A DNA stretch of 64,000 nt from assembly GCA_041641295.1 (NCBI GenBank), contig JBEPYO010000001.1:1248001-1312000 (forward strand), in the 5' to 3' direction. Position 1 is the stretch's first letter. Every line of letters starts with the position of its first letter. The notes under the pieces are model-generated. The model did no database searches. It had not been told where the DNA came from and saw nothing but the letters and a program-made list of their open reading frames with translations. This DNA is from Nitrososphaerota archaeon (GTDB lineage: Archaea; Thermoproteota; Nitrososphaeria_A; Caldarchaeales; Calditenuaceae). Shown in pieces: positions 8,669 through 17,227 of the stretch. The translations under genes and the position numbers were made by a program.

Positions 8669-10123
8669 TCATTGCGTAAGGGTCAGTAGGTGAACCGAAC
8701 AAGGCTCCAGATTCAATATTATCTCTCCATTCCGGCTCTCAATTCTTCCCCCATCTCTCGGAACGACTTTACCTGGCTCGTCGAACGTATTTCTGTCGTC
8801 AGGTGAGGGGCTAGTCAAGTATCGATGCTTCACACGCTTGAAGTCGAAGCCGGCAACGCGGATACTACATTCAACAGTCTCATCCTGCAACCCATTAACC
8901 ACGTGCAAATACATTTTATCACTATCAAAGCTGGCCACCGCATCCACTGCTGGGACCTGCTCTTCAGCCTCTTCAGAGTAGAGTGTAGGCCCGACGACAC
9001 CCGTCCAAGCAACTTGGCTCCCCGCGTTTGGTGCAAATAGCTCATAGACGTAGAATTGGGGGCTCAGGACCATCCCCCCATCATCCCTAGTCGAGATGAG
9101 TGGGAGGACATTCACGGTCTGCGCAAAGCAAGCTATCGGAACCATCTTAGACATCTTTTGGAGCTTAATCAATACAAGGCCTGTAAACACTGCGTCCCTC
9201 ATCGATGTAAACTGAACATGCATGGGAGGAACCGCCTCTTTATACCATACATTCCACTCATCAAAAGCTAGTCGAATCCTTTTTGGAATGCCAAACTTTC
9301 TGCAGGCAGTCTTTACGCTTTCGTATATTGAGGTTAGGTTACGCTCAATCTGTAGCGGGGCGGCGATAAGGTCTTCATGCTTTTTTGGACAGAAAATGTA
9401 GGTGTGTACCGAGAGATAATCGATGTAGTTGCCAGCGATCTTTATCATGTCTATGTTCCACTCTGGGTCATTATCGACTCCACAGCCCACGATCTCGATG
9501 CTTTTATCAACCCTTTTCATCAGGTTTACAAACTCTATTGTCCTCCGCGCGCACTCGGCTCCGTCGATGCAGAAGCCGACCTGCCAGCGGCCGTACAGCT
9601 CGTTCCCAACCCCCCAGAGCTTGACGTTGAAGGGTTCAGACCATCCATCCCTCTTCCTCAAGGACGCATAATACGTATCGCCTCTCGAGTTACAGTACTC
9701 CACCCATGCTGCCGCCTCCTCCGGCGTACCACTGCCAGCGTTGACGACGATAAATGGCTCGGTGCCCACAAGCCTACACCACTCGATAAACTCCACTGTC
9801 CCAAACTCGTTGGGCTCAACCCACTCCCAAGCCAGCTCAAACTTCCTTGGACGCGAGGCCCTCGGCCCAATCCCATCCATCCAGTGGTAGGCTGACGAGA
9901 AGTTTCCACCAGGCCATCTGGTAACTGGAGGTGCTATTCTTTTCACGGCCTCGAGGACGTCAGACCTGTAACCTCTCAGGTTGGGTATCTGCGAGTTCTC
10001 CCCCACCCAAATCCCACCGTATATGCAGCGTCCCAGATGCTCAATGAACTGGCCGAAAACCCTCTTGTCGAGAGGTCCAACCACAGAGCTGGCGTCCACC
10101 CAGATTTTAGCGTGCCGGCTCAC
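8669..10123 (-). CDS. Alpha-L-arabinofuranosidase, GH51
   Basis: GQFIEHLGRCIYGG, RWPGGNF, WGVGNE (acid/base), AFDEWNVW (nucleophile) and FAQTVNV; start trimmed to GTG 10123 to remove the overlap with the upstream gene; no signal peptide. Confidence 0.92.
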   Translation of the reverse strand: MSRHAKIWVDASSVVGPLDKRVFGQFIEHLGRCIYGGIWVGENSQIPNLRGYRSDVLEAVKRIAPPVTRWPGGNFSSAYHWMDGIGPRASRPRKFELAWEWVEPNEFGTVEFIEWCRLVGTEPFIVVNAGSGTPEEAAAWVEYCNSRGDTYYASLRKRDGWSEPFNVKLWGVGNELYGRWQVGFCIDGAECARRTIEFVNLMKRVDKSIEIVGCGVDNDPEWNIDMIKIAGNYIDYLSVHTYIFCPKKHEDLIAAPLQIERNLTSIYESVKTACRKFGIPKRIRLAFDEWNVWYKEAVPPMHVQFTSMRDAVFTGLVLIKLQKMSKMVPIACFAQTVNVLPLISTRDDGGMVLSPQFYVYELFAPNAGSQVAWTGVVGPTLYSEEAEEQVPAVDAVASFDSDKMYLHVVNGLQDETVECSIRVAGFDFKRVKHRYLTSPSPDDRNTFDEPGKVVPRDGGRIESRNGEIILNLEPCSVHLLTLTQ

Positions 10124-10158
10124 GTTTAGGCGGCAGTCACACCCCGATATATCCTTAA

Positions 10159-11181
10159 TTATGGCTTTTCCGCGGAGACCCTCTCCAGCGCGCCTAAGTT
10201 TAAGGTGACCTCGCAGATGTCGGAGCTGTATTCCGCGATTCGCCGTATGTCTTGGGCTAGCATGATGACCCCGACATCGGTCTCCCATTTCGCACCCTTT
10301 CTCCTCGTTATGTCCATGAGCAGGAGCTCAAACGCTTCAATCTTCCTCATTGCCTGGCGGGCTCTCGAGACGCTCCTCTCAAGTAACGCAGTTTTGGCCT
10401 CTGTGAAGAGGCTGCTGGCCTCGTAGCCGGCCCTTATTAGCTCGGGCGGTGGGGTCTTAGTCTGCCTCTCACCGACTAGGAAGTTGGCGATGGATGTTGC
10501 ATGGTCGGCCGCTCTCTCGATTGTTTTAGCAGCTATGATGTATGATAGGCATTCTTGCGGGTTCTTGAGGCCGAGCGCTGCTAGTCTTCGAGGGCTTGAG
10601 ATGCCTATGTTAAGTTGTCTAACGGCGAAGTGGTAGAACCTGTCCACGTCATAGTCCCTCTGGATGATGTCTTGGGCAAGTCCTTCATCATTATTCTCAA
10701 TTGCGTATAGGGCATCCCTCTGCATGCTTGCGGCGAGGTCCGCCATCCTCTCGATAACCTTGACCGGCTGTAGGCTGTCATGGGTAGGCAAGCACTGTGT
10801 GACTATCCCATGGAAGGTCTCACCAACGATCTCAACACCCACCAGCCACCTCCTCATCATCTCCTTCAACTCCTTCGTGTGCCTATAGCCAGTCTCCCCG
10901 AACTCAAGCCTAATGACGCTAAAACCTGCAATATACATTGAGAGGTAAAGCCGCAGCACATCCTCGGGGCCTGCATCAGCAGGAACCTTGACAACGGCCT
11001 CCTCTACGGCCTCCTGCCCATCGAGGGCGGTCGGCCATATTATAAGCCCCCCACCGGGCTCCTCCATCAAGTAGAGCTCGTCATGGGGCTTCAGTCCAAC
11101 CCTCCTAACCCACTCCTGTGGTAGCGAAACTATGAGGGTTGAGCCTCCTGTTTTCTGTACGCGGCGAGAGTAGACGGGCAT
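10159..11181 (-). CDS. Phosphate uptake regulator, AbrB-like DNA-binding domain plus two PhoU domains
   Basis: RRVQKTGGSTLIVSLPQEWV N-terminus; DYDVDRFY, IERAADHA and IRRIAEYSSDI; divergent from pstS. Confidence 0.9.
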   Translation of the reverse strand: MPVYSRRVQKTGGSTLIVSLPQEWVRRVGLKPHDELYLMEEPGGGLIIWPTALDGQEAVEEAVVKVPADAGPEDVLRLYLSMYIAGFSVIRLEFGETGYRHTKELKEMMRRWLVGVEIVGETFHGIVTQCLPTHDSLQPVKVIERMADLAASMQRDALYAIENNDEGLAQDIIQRDYDVDRFYHFAVRQLNIGISSPRRLAALGLKNPQECLSYIIAAKTIERAADHATSIANFLVGERQTKTPPPELIRAGYEASSLFTEAKTALLERSVSRARQAMRKIEAFELLLMDITRRKGAKWETDVGVIMLAQDIRRIAEYSSDICEVTLNLGALERVSAEKP

Positions 11182-11213
11182 ACCGCTTCGAACTATTTAG
11201 TGGCGGTGTTTGA

Positions 11214-11302
11214 ATATATAGGCTTTCCCGTCTTTTGACTCCTATATAGGAATGTGTAGATAAAATATTGAATATAGGTTTAGTTTAAATCGTCAATATA
11301 GC
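11214..11302. promoter_or_regulatory. Divergent regulator/pstS promoter region with four ATATAG repeats
   Basis: ATATAG starts at 11216, 11244, 11272 and 11296; palindrome CCTATATAGG at 11241-11250; TTTAAAT TATA box at 11284-11290. Confidence 0.6.
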
Positions 11303-11316
11303 CTGTTAAGGTCGAG

Positions 11317-12390
11317 ATGATGTCACAGCCAAAAACGATTGGGCTAATCCTGACATTCTTACTTGTAGGCGGCGTAATAGGATACGTGGGAGGATGGTTC
11401 TCATCTAGCCCCTCATCAATAGTAACCGTCACAGAGAAAATAACGGTTACATCTGGGGGACAGACTCAGACCACCGGACAGCTTGCGGGTGAGATCATCA
11501 TTGATGGTTCCAGCACAGTGTATCCTATAACTGAGGCGGCTGCGGAGGCCTTCATGAATCTCTACCCCAATGTGAAGATATCTGTTGGGATATCGGGGAC
11601 GGGGGGCGGGTTTAAGAGGTTTGTAGTAGGTGAGACGGACATCAACGACGCCTCTAGGCCCATTCTGAGGAGCGAGGCTGAGACCGCCCAGTCGAATGGC
11701 ATAGAGTGGATAGAGGTTCCTGTCGCGATAGATGGCTTAGTGGTTGTGGTGAACAGGCAGAATGACTGGGTGGACTGTTTAACAATCTCGGAGCTTAAGA
11801 AGATCTGGGAGCCCGATAGCAAGGTATCAAAGTGGAGTGACATAAGACCCGAGTGGCCCAATGCACCCATACTGCTCTACGGCCCTGGACCCGACTCAGG
11901 TACTTTCGACTACTTCACCGAGAGGGTTGTGGGGAAGCTTAAGGCAAGTAGGACAGACTACATCGCCTCTGAGGACGACAACGTCTTAGTAGCTGGTGTA
12001 GAGGGGGAGAAGAATGCGCTGGGATACTTCGGCTACGCATATTATCCCCACGCGGCAGATAGGATCAGGATAGTACCCATACGTGATGATTTGAAGGAGG
12101 GGTCAGAGTGCGTAGTACCTACAGATGAGACGGTGGGCTCGTTTGTATATCCACTTGCGAGACCAATATTCATATACGTCAACAAGAAGGCATGGAACGA
12201 GAAGCCTTGGCTGAGAGAGTTCGTTATATTCTACCTCGAGAATGGGGAGAAGTTTGCGAAACAGGTGAGCTATACACCGTTCACTTCGCAGTACTATAAG
12301 TCTGCTGCCGCCCTACTAAGAGCCGGCGTAACCGACGGGCTGTACTCATTAACGTCCATAGTCGTGTGGAGGAACGCGGGTCCCCACTAG
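11317..12390 (+). CDS. pstS: Phosphate ABC transporter substrate-binding protein
   Basis: IDGSSTVYP, SGTGGG, DSGTFDYF and YPLARPIFIYV; N-terminal TM segment and Ser/Thr linker. Confidence 0.95.
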   Translation: MMSQPKTIGLILTFLLVGGVIGYVGGWFSSSPSSIVTVTEKITVTSGGQTQTTGQLAGEIIIDGSSTVYPITEAAAEAFMNLYPNVKISVGISGTGGGFKRFVVGETDINDASRPILRSEAETAQSNGIEWIEVPVAIDGLVVVVNRQNDWVDCLTISELKKIWEPDSKVSKWSDIRPEWPNAPILLYGPGPDSGTFDYFTERVVGKLKASRTDYIASEDDNVLVAGVEGEKNALGYFGYAYYPHAADRIRIVPIRDDLKEGSECVVPTDETVGSFVYPLARPIFIYVNKKAWNEKPWLREFVIFYLENGEKFAKQVSYTPFTSQYYKSAAALLRAGVTDGLYSLTSIVVWRNAGPH

Positions 12391-12410
12391 TGTGAGAAGG
12401 TGGATGCTTA

Positions 12411-13337
12411 ATGGTAGCTGAAACAACTAGTGTGGAGAAATTAAAGAGATCAATAGATAGGCGGAGATATATGGACAGGATTTTTTACATCCTCTTTCTT
12501 TTATCAACCCTTGTCTCTACGGCTGCACTTATAATCATCTTCGCAACATTGGGGCTTGAATCCTTCGGGTTCTTCGCTCATGTCTCAATAGTCGAATTTC
12601 TGACGAGTACCAAGTGGACTGTACTTTTCGCAGAAAAGCATTTCGGTGTTCTTCCACTTCTGAACGCGACCATTCTTACCTCGCTGATAGCCATCGCGGT
12701 AGCCGCACCCCTAGGAGTCATGATAGCATTATTCCTTAGCGAGTACGCCTCAGCGAATACGCGGTCAGTAGTTAAGCCACTGGTCGAGACGCTTGCAGGC
12801 ATACCTACAGTCGTCTACGGATATTTCGCCCTCTACTTTGTAACACCTAATCTGCTGAAGCCCCTGTGGGAGGGATTGCAACTCCACAACGCTCTTGCGG
12901 TCGGGTTGATGATTGGCGTCTTGATAATCCCGATAGTGGCCTCCATCAGTGATGACGCCATGGCAGCTGTCCCCGCCGACCTCAGGCTAGCGGCATATGC
13001 TGTAGGCTCTAGGAAGTCTGACGTTGCGCTTAGAGTCGTTCTACCCGCAGCCCTCTCAGGCGTGTCAGCCTCGATAATACTTGCGTTTGCGAGGGCTATG
13101 GGTGAGACTATGATCGCCGCCATAGCTGGCGGGTTCAGGAGCATTTTAACCTTCAACATAGGCGAGAGCATGCAGACGATGACGGCATACATTGCACAGG
13201 TTGCAACCGGTGACGCCCCGCACGGAACAATAGAATACCAGTCATTGTTCGCCGTCGGGCTATTCCTCCTAGTGATAACGGCCGTGTTAAACTACATAGG
13301 TATCAGGGTGGTTAGGAGATGGGCCATCAAGTATTGA
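12411..13337 (+). CDS. pstC: Phosphate ABC transporter permease
   Basis: LAGIPTVVYG and ARAMGETM motifs; multiple TM segments. Confidence 0.95.
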   Translation: MVAETTSVEKLKRSIDRRRYMDRIFYILFLLSTLVSTAALIIIFATLGLESFGFFAHVSIVEFLTSTKWTVLFAEKHFGVLPLLNATILTSLIAIAVAAPLGVMIALFLSEYASANTRSVVKPLVETLAGIPTVVYGYFALYFVTPNLLKPLWEGLQLHNALAVGLMIGVLIIPIVASISDDAMAAVPADLRLAAYAVGSRKSDVALRVVLPAALSGVSASIILAFARAMGETMIAAIAGGFRSILTFNIGESMQTMTAYIAQVATGDAPHGTIEYQSLFAVGLFLLVITAVLNYIGIRVVRRWAIKY

Positions 13338-14215
13338 CTGGCGCAGAGCGCCGTCATGCGAGGCTTAGGAAGTTCATTGACCGGGTGCTGCCCATAATTC
13401 TCAGCGTGGCTGTTTTCATAGCGGTCGCCACCGTAGCCTCCCTACTCCTCACAGTGATTATTACCGGCGGCCACAGGCTGTCATGGAACCTGATCCTCAA
13501 CTATCCGTCAGCCAACCCTGAAGAGGCCGGTATGAGGTCTGCCATTCTGGGCAGCATATTCACTGTAGGCTTGTCTGCGCTTATATGCGTCCCCCTCAGC
13601 ATAGCAACCGCGATCTATCTCGTGGAGTATTCGAGGGGAGGTAGGCTCTCCTCCCTCCTTCGCTACAACATTGCAAATTTGGCGGGTGTCCCATCAGTGG
13701 TCTTTGGAGTCGTAGCACTGGGCTTCCTAGCCTACTGGTTGGGAATGGGGCGGACAGTAATCACCGGAGCCTTCACGCTCGCCATCTTGACGCTACCCCT
13801 AGTGACCGTGACTTGTGTCGAGGCATTGAAGGCTGTTCCCGACGATCTACGGTTGGGTGCATATGCTCTCGGAGCTACGACTCTTCAAGTCGTTAGGCGC
13901 ATCTCCCTCCCTAGGGCTCTACCCATGATGCTGACGGGCGGGATACTAGGCATAAGCAGAGCCCTAGGCGAGGCTGCTCCAATACTAGTTGTGAGTGGCA
14001 TACTCTTCATAAGAGAGGACCCAACCTCACTCTTCAGCAAATTTACAGTCATGCCGCTCCAGCTCTACAACTGGATAAGCAGGCCACAGCCAGCCTTCAT
14101 AGAACTCTCATCCGCCGGAATTATCATCCTGCTGCTGATACTATTAGCGCTCAACGGCGTCGCCATCGCTTTGAGACAGTATTTGATGAGGAGGATTGGG
14201 CAGACTTGGCGATAG
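13319..14215 (+). CDS. pstA: Phosphate ABC transporter permease
   Basis: [11 protein letters not shown] and SRALGEAAP motifs; exact start uncertain. Confidence 0.93.
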   Translation: MGHQVLTGAERRHARLRKFIDRVLPIILSVAVFIAVATVASLLLTVIITGGHRLSWNLILNYPSANPEEAGMRSAILGSIFTVGLSALICVPLSIATAIYLVEYSRGGRLSSLLRYNIANLAGVPSVVFGVVALGFLAYWLGMGRTVITGAFTLAILTLPLVTVTCVEALKAVPDDLRLGAYALGATTLQVVRRISLPRALPMMLTGGILGISRALGEAAPILVVSGILFIREDPTSLFSKFTVMPLQLYNWISRPQPAFIELSSAGIIILLLILLALNGVAIALRQYLMRRIGQTWR

Positions 14216-15054
14216 AGTCATATAATCAGTTACTCAGGGACTATGTGGAGCTAGGTAAGGAGGAGATGGCAGATATATCTGGCCCTGAGGTCGTGAGGGT
14301 GGAGAACCTTAGAGTAGACTATGGGGGCAAAACAGCCATTGACGGCATAAACATATCATTCAAACGTAACAACATCACAGCAATCATAGGGCCGTCGGGC
14401 TGCGGCAAATCAACCCTCCTAAGATCGATAAACCGTATGAACGACCTCATCCCAGGCGCCAAGGTAACCGGTAAAGTATACTTTAACGGAATTGATATTT
14501 ACTCACGAGATGTGGATCCAGTCTTTATACGTTCTAGGATTGGAATGGTCTTCCAGCGTCCGAACCCCTTCCCCTTCAGCATATTCGACAATGTTGCTTT
14601 TGGTCTGAGGGTTAATGGCTTCAAGCTCTCGAAGTCAGAGCTTTATGAGAAGGTGAAGGATGCGCTGGTCAAGGCGGCTCTGTGGGATGAGGTTAAGGAC
14701 AGGCTGGACAAGCACGCGTACAGCCTGTCGGGTGGGCAGCAGCAGAGGCTATGTATCGCGCGCGCATTGGCCGTAGACCCTGAGGTGTTGCTGCTCGACG
14801 AGCCCACAGTCTCGCTCGACCCCATCTCCACTGCGCGTATCGAGTCTCTGCTCCGCTCAATCAAGGACGAGTACACAATAATAATAGTCACACACAATAT
14901 GCTTCAGGCTGCGCGTGTCTCGGACTACACAGCCGTCATGATGCCCGATGAAAACATGGTGGGCCGGATAATCGAGTTCGGGGAGACTAGACAGATCTTC
15001 ACAAACCCTCGGGATAAGAGGACTGAGGACTACATCAGTGGGCGTATAGGGTGA
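14206..15054 (+). CDS. pstB: Phosphate ABC transporter ATPase
   Basis: [26 protein letters not shown] and [10 protein letters not shown]; the start may be ATG 14266. Confidence 0.96.
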   Translation: MAIESYNQLLRDYVELGKEEMADISGPEVVRVENLRVDYGGKTAIDGINISFKRNNITAIIGPSGCGKSTLLRSINRMNDLIPGAKVTGKVYFNGIDIYSRDVDPVFIRSRIGMVFQRPNPFPFSIFDNVAFGLRVNGFKLSKSELYEKVKDALVKAALWDEVKDRLDKHAYSLSGGQQQRLCIARALAVDPEVLLLDEPTVSLDPISTARIESLLRSIKDEYTIIIVTHNMLQAARVSDYTAVMMPDENMVGRIIEFGETRQIFTNPRDKRTEDYISGRIG

Positions 15055-15063
15055 GGAGAGGGT

Positions 15064-15699
15064 TTGAGCAGGATACTCGATATGGGGCTTCAGCTACTTA
15101 CTCGGCGTCTAGAGGAGATGTTCAACATCGGCATAAACTCTTTCTACAAGAGTATCGACGGGCTACTGCAGTACAGAGACGTTGAGAATGAGGTCTTTGA
15201 GTCTGCGAAGAGGCTAAGGGACCTGCACGAAGAGATTAGTGAAATTGCTACGGAGCTTATAGCTAGGTATCAGCCAGTCGCTAAAGATCTAAGATACATC
15301 CGCTCCTGCCTCAATATTTCGTACGACATTCTTAGGATGGGGCGATACGCCCTAGAGATAACTAGGAGCAGTCGGATGCTCGGCTCTCTCCTTGAATGCG
15401 ACCTTACACCAATCTCGGAGGCCAGCGAGGTTATTGGCCAGATGCTTAAGAACGCCCTCCAAGCACTCCAAGAGCTAAATGTGGATATGGCCAAGAAGGT
15501 TAAGGAGATGGATGAGAGGATAGACGAGATTTATCGGGAGAGGATTAAGGCAATAACACTCGAGAGAAACGGCTCGCGGGAGTGTGATGTAGCAATCGTC
15601 CTGACGCTCAGGAATCTCGAGAGGATTGCAGACCACGCCACCTACATTTGCGATGCTGTGGAGTATATCGTCACGGGCGCCCTGAGGCATCGCGAGTAG
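15064..15699 (+). CDS. phoU: Phosphate signaling protein PhoU
   Basis: ARYQPVAKDLR and RNLERIADHATYI; last gene of the pst operon. Confidence 0.92.
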   Translation: MSRILDMGLQLLTRRLEEMFNIGINSFYKSIDGLLQYRDVENEVFESAKRLRDLHEEISEIATELIARYQPVAKDLRYIRSCLNISYDILRMGRYALEITRSSRMLGSLLECDLTPISEASEVIGQMLKNALQALQELNVDMAKKVKEMDERIDEIYRERIKAITLERNGSRECDVAIVLTLRNLERIADHATYICDAVEYIVTGALRHRE

Positions 15700-16654
15700 C
15701 CCTGACCTGCGAGAGCTTAGCTAAGAGAATGGAGGCTACAGCCGCGTCTTGTGCTGCTGTACCAACTGTCTTAAAGACGGTAACCTCATCATTGTTGACA
15801 CGGCCAGCCTTTCTTCCAGCTATTATCTCCCCAATCTCAGCATACACGTCCTCCCACCTCATCAGGCCCGACTTGACTGCCTGAATTATCTCCCCCGCCT
15901 CCTCCTTGGCCGCGGCTAGCGAGTCAACAACAACTTTGCTGGATGCCAGTAGCCGCGGGTCTATCTCGGCCATTTCAGGGGTGTAGGCCCCTATAGCCGA
16001 GATATGTGTTCCGGGTCTCACCCACTCCTTCAAGACTACGGGTGTCTTGCTCGTGGTGGCGGTTATAATGACGTCGCAGGACCTGACTAGGGTCTCGGCA
16101 GAGCCGCATATCTCCACCTCTACCCCGGTCTTCTCTCGCATCTCCTCGGCGAACCTCTCGGCCCTATCTCTATATACGTCGAAAGCGTAGACTCTTTCCG
16201 GCTTCATCACTCGGTGTGTTATGGAGAGCTGCCAGCGGGCTTGGTATCCGCAGCCTATGATTCCCAGGCTTGATGCATCGCTCCTAGCTAAGTATTTTAC
16301 GGAGAGGGCGGTGGCGGCCGCAGTCCTTAAGCCTGTTAGGGCCCGCGCCTCAGCGACCAGCTTGGGGATACCGTCCGCAGGATCAACTGCCACGACTACG
16401 GCGTTGGTGGTCGGTAAACCCTTCTCAATATTGCCCGGATATACTGAGACGACCTTGAGGGAGAAAACCTTCAGACTTGGAGCAAGACACGGCATTAAAA
16501 GTATGTCCCCTACTCCTTGAACACTAATCCTGTTCCGGGGCGGCATAACGACCTCGCCGAGGCTGAGTGCTTTAAACGCCTCGGCAACAGAGCTCAGCAG
16601 CTCCTCCACCGATACAAGAGCCTCAACATCGCTATCACTGAGTGTTGCGACCAT
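15671..16654 (-). CDS. Ornithine cyclodeaminase/mu-crystallin family protein (archaeal alanine dehydrogenase-like)
   Basis: LKVVSVYPGN, LTGLRTAA, IIGCGYQA, HISAIGA and FKTVGTAAQD motifs. Confidence 0.88.
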   Translation of the reverse strand: MVATLSDSDVEALVSVEELLSSVAEAFKALSLGEVVMPPRNRISVQGVGDILLMPCLAPSLKVFSLKVVSVYPGNIEKGLPTTNAVVVAVDPADGIPKLVAEARALTGLRTAAATALSVKYLARSDASSLGIIGCGYQARWQLSITHRVMKPERVYAFDVYRDRAERFAEEMREKTGVEVEICGSAETLVRSCDVIITATTSKTPVVLKEWVRPGTHISAIGAYTPEMAEIDPRLLASSKVVVDSLAAAKEEAGEIIQAVKSGLMRWEDVYAEIGEIIAGRKAGRVNNDEVTVFKTVGTAAQDAAVASILLAKLSQVRATRDASGRP

Positions 16655-16782
16655 ATACCCTCCAGCAGCGAGTCTCAGGCTAGGTATATAGAGTTTAAGA
16701 ACCCCATCAAGTATAATACTGATAATCGCTAAAATCTACCCTTCCTGCGCGAAACTTTAAAAGCAGAGTCCCAAGAGGTATA

Positions 16783-17049
16783 GTGGTATCCTTGTCCACG
16801 GATATATCGCTGAAGATGCTGGCAAGGTCGCTTGGAGGTACTGTGCTGGTTAAGCTGCGAAACGGCCGAGCAATACGAGGCCAGCTCAAAGGATACGACC
16901 AACACATGAACCTCGTCCTAGAGGGCGCAGAGGAGATAAGGGGCGAGAACAACTCGGTCAAGCTAGGACTCATAGTTGTGAGGGGGGACAACATAGTTAT
17001 GATCTCCCCCTCGCAGATAAAACAGGAAGAGGAGGTTAGCGGCGCATGA
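16783..17049 (+). CDS. Sm-like (Lsm/SmAP1) protein
   Basis: Sm1 [13 protein letters not shown] and Sm2 VVRGDNI; upstream of rpl37e, as is usual in archaea. Confidence 0.95.
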   Translation: MVSLSTDISLKMLARSLGGTVLVKLRNGRAIRGQLKGYDQHMNLVLEGAEEIRGENNSVKLGLIVVRGDNIVMISPSQIKQEEEVSGA

Positions 17050-17219
17050 AGGGAACACCCTCAATGGGTAAGTTTAAGACGCCGACGCATGGGCGCTGCA
17101 GGAGGTGTGGTAGACGCTCATTCAACTATAGGCGTGGTAGGTGTGGACACTGTGGGTTTGGAGCTACGAAGAAGTGGCGCAGCTATAGGTGGCTGAAAAG
17201 CCTTAAGGAGCGTCTCTGA
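17046..17219 (+). CDS. rpl37e: 50S ribosomal protein L37e (absent from the ORF track, 57 aa)
   Basis: Manual translation [49 protein letters not shown]...; ATGA overlap with the Lsm gene. Confidence 0.96.
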   Translation: MKGTPSMGKFKTPTHGRCRRCGRRSFNYRRGRCGHCGFGATKKWRSYRWLKSLKERL

Positions 17220-17227
17220 GAATAGAG

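Noticed and set aside
10124-10288. N-terminal extension of the GH51 ORF in the track
   Set aside because: It overlaps the upstream regulator on the same strand; family similarity begins at GTG 10123.
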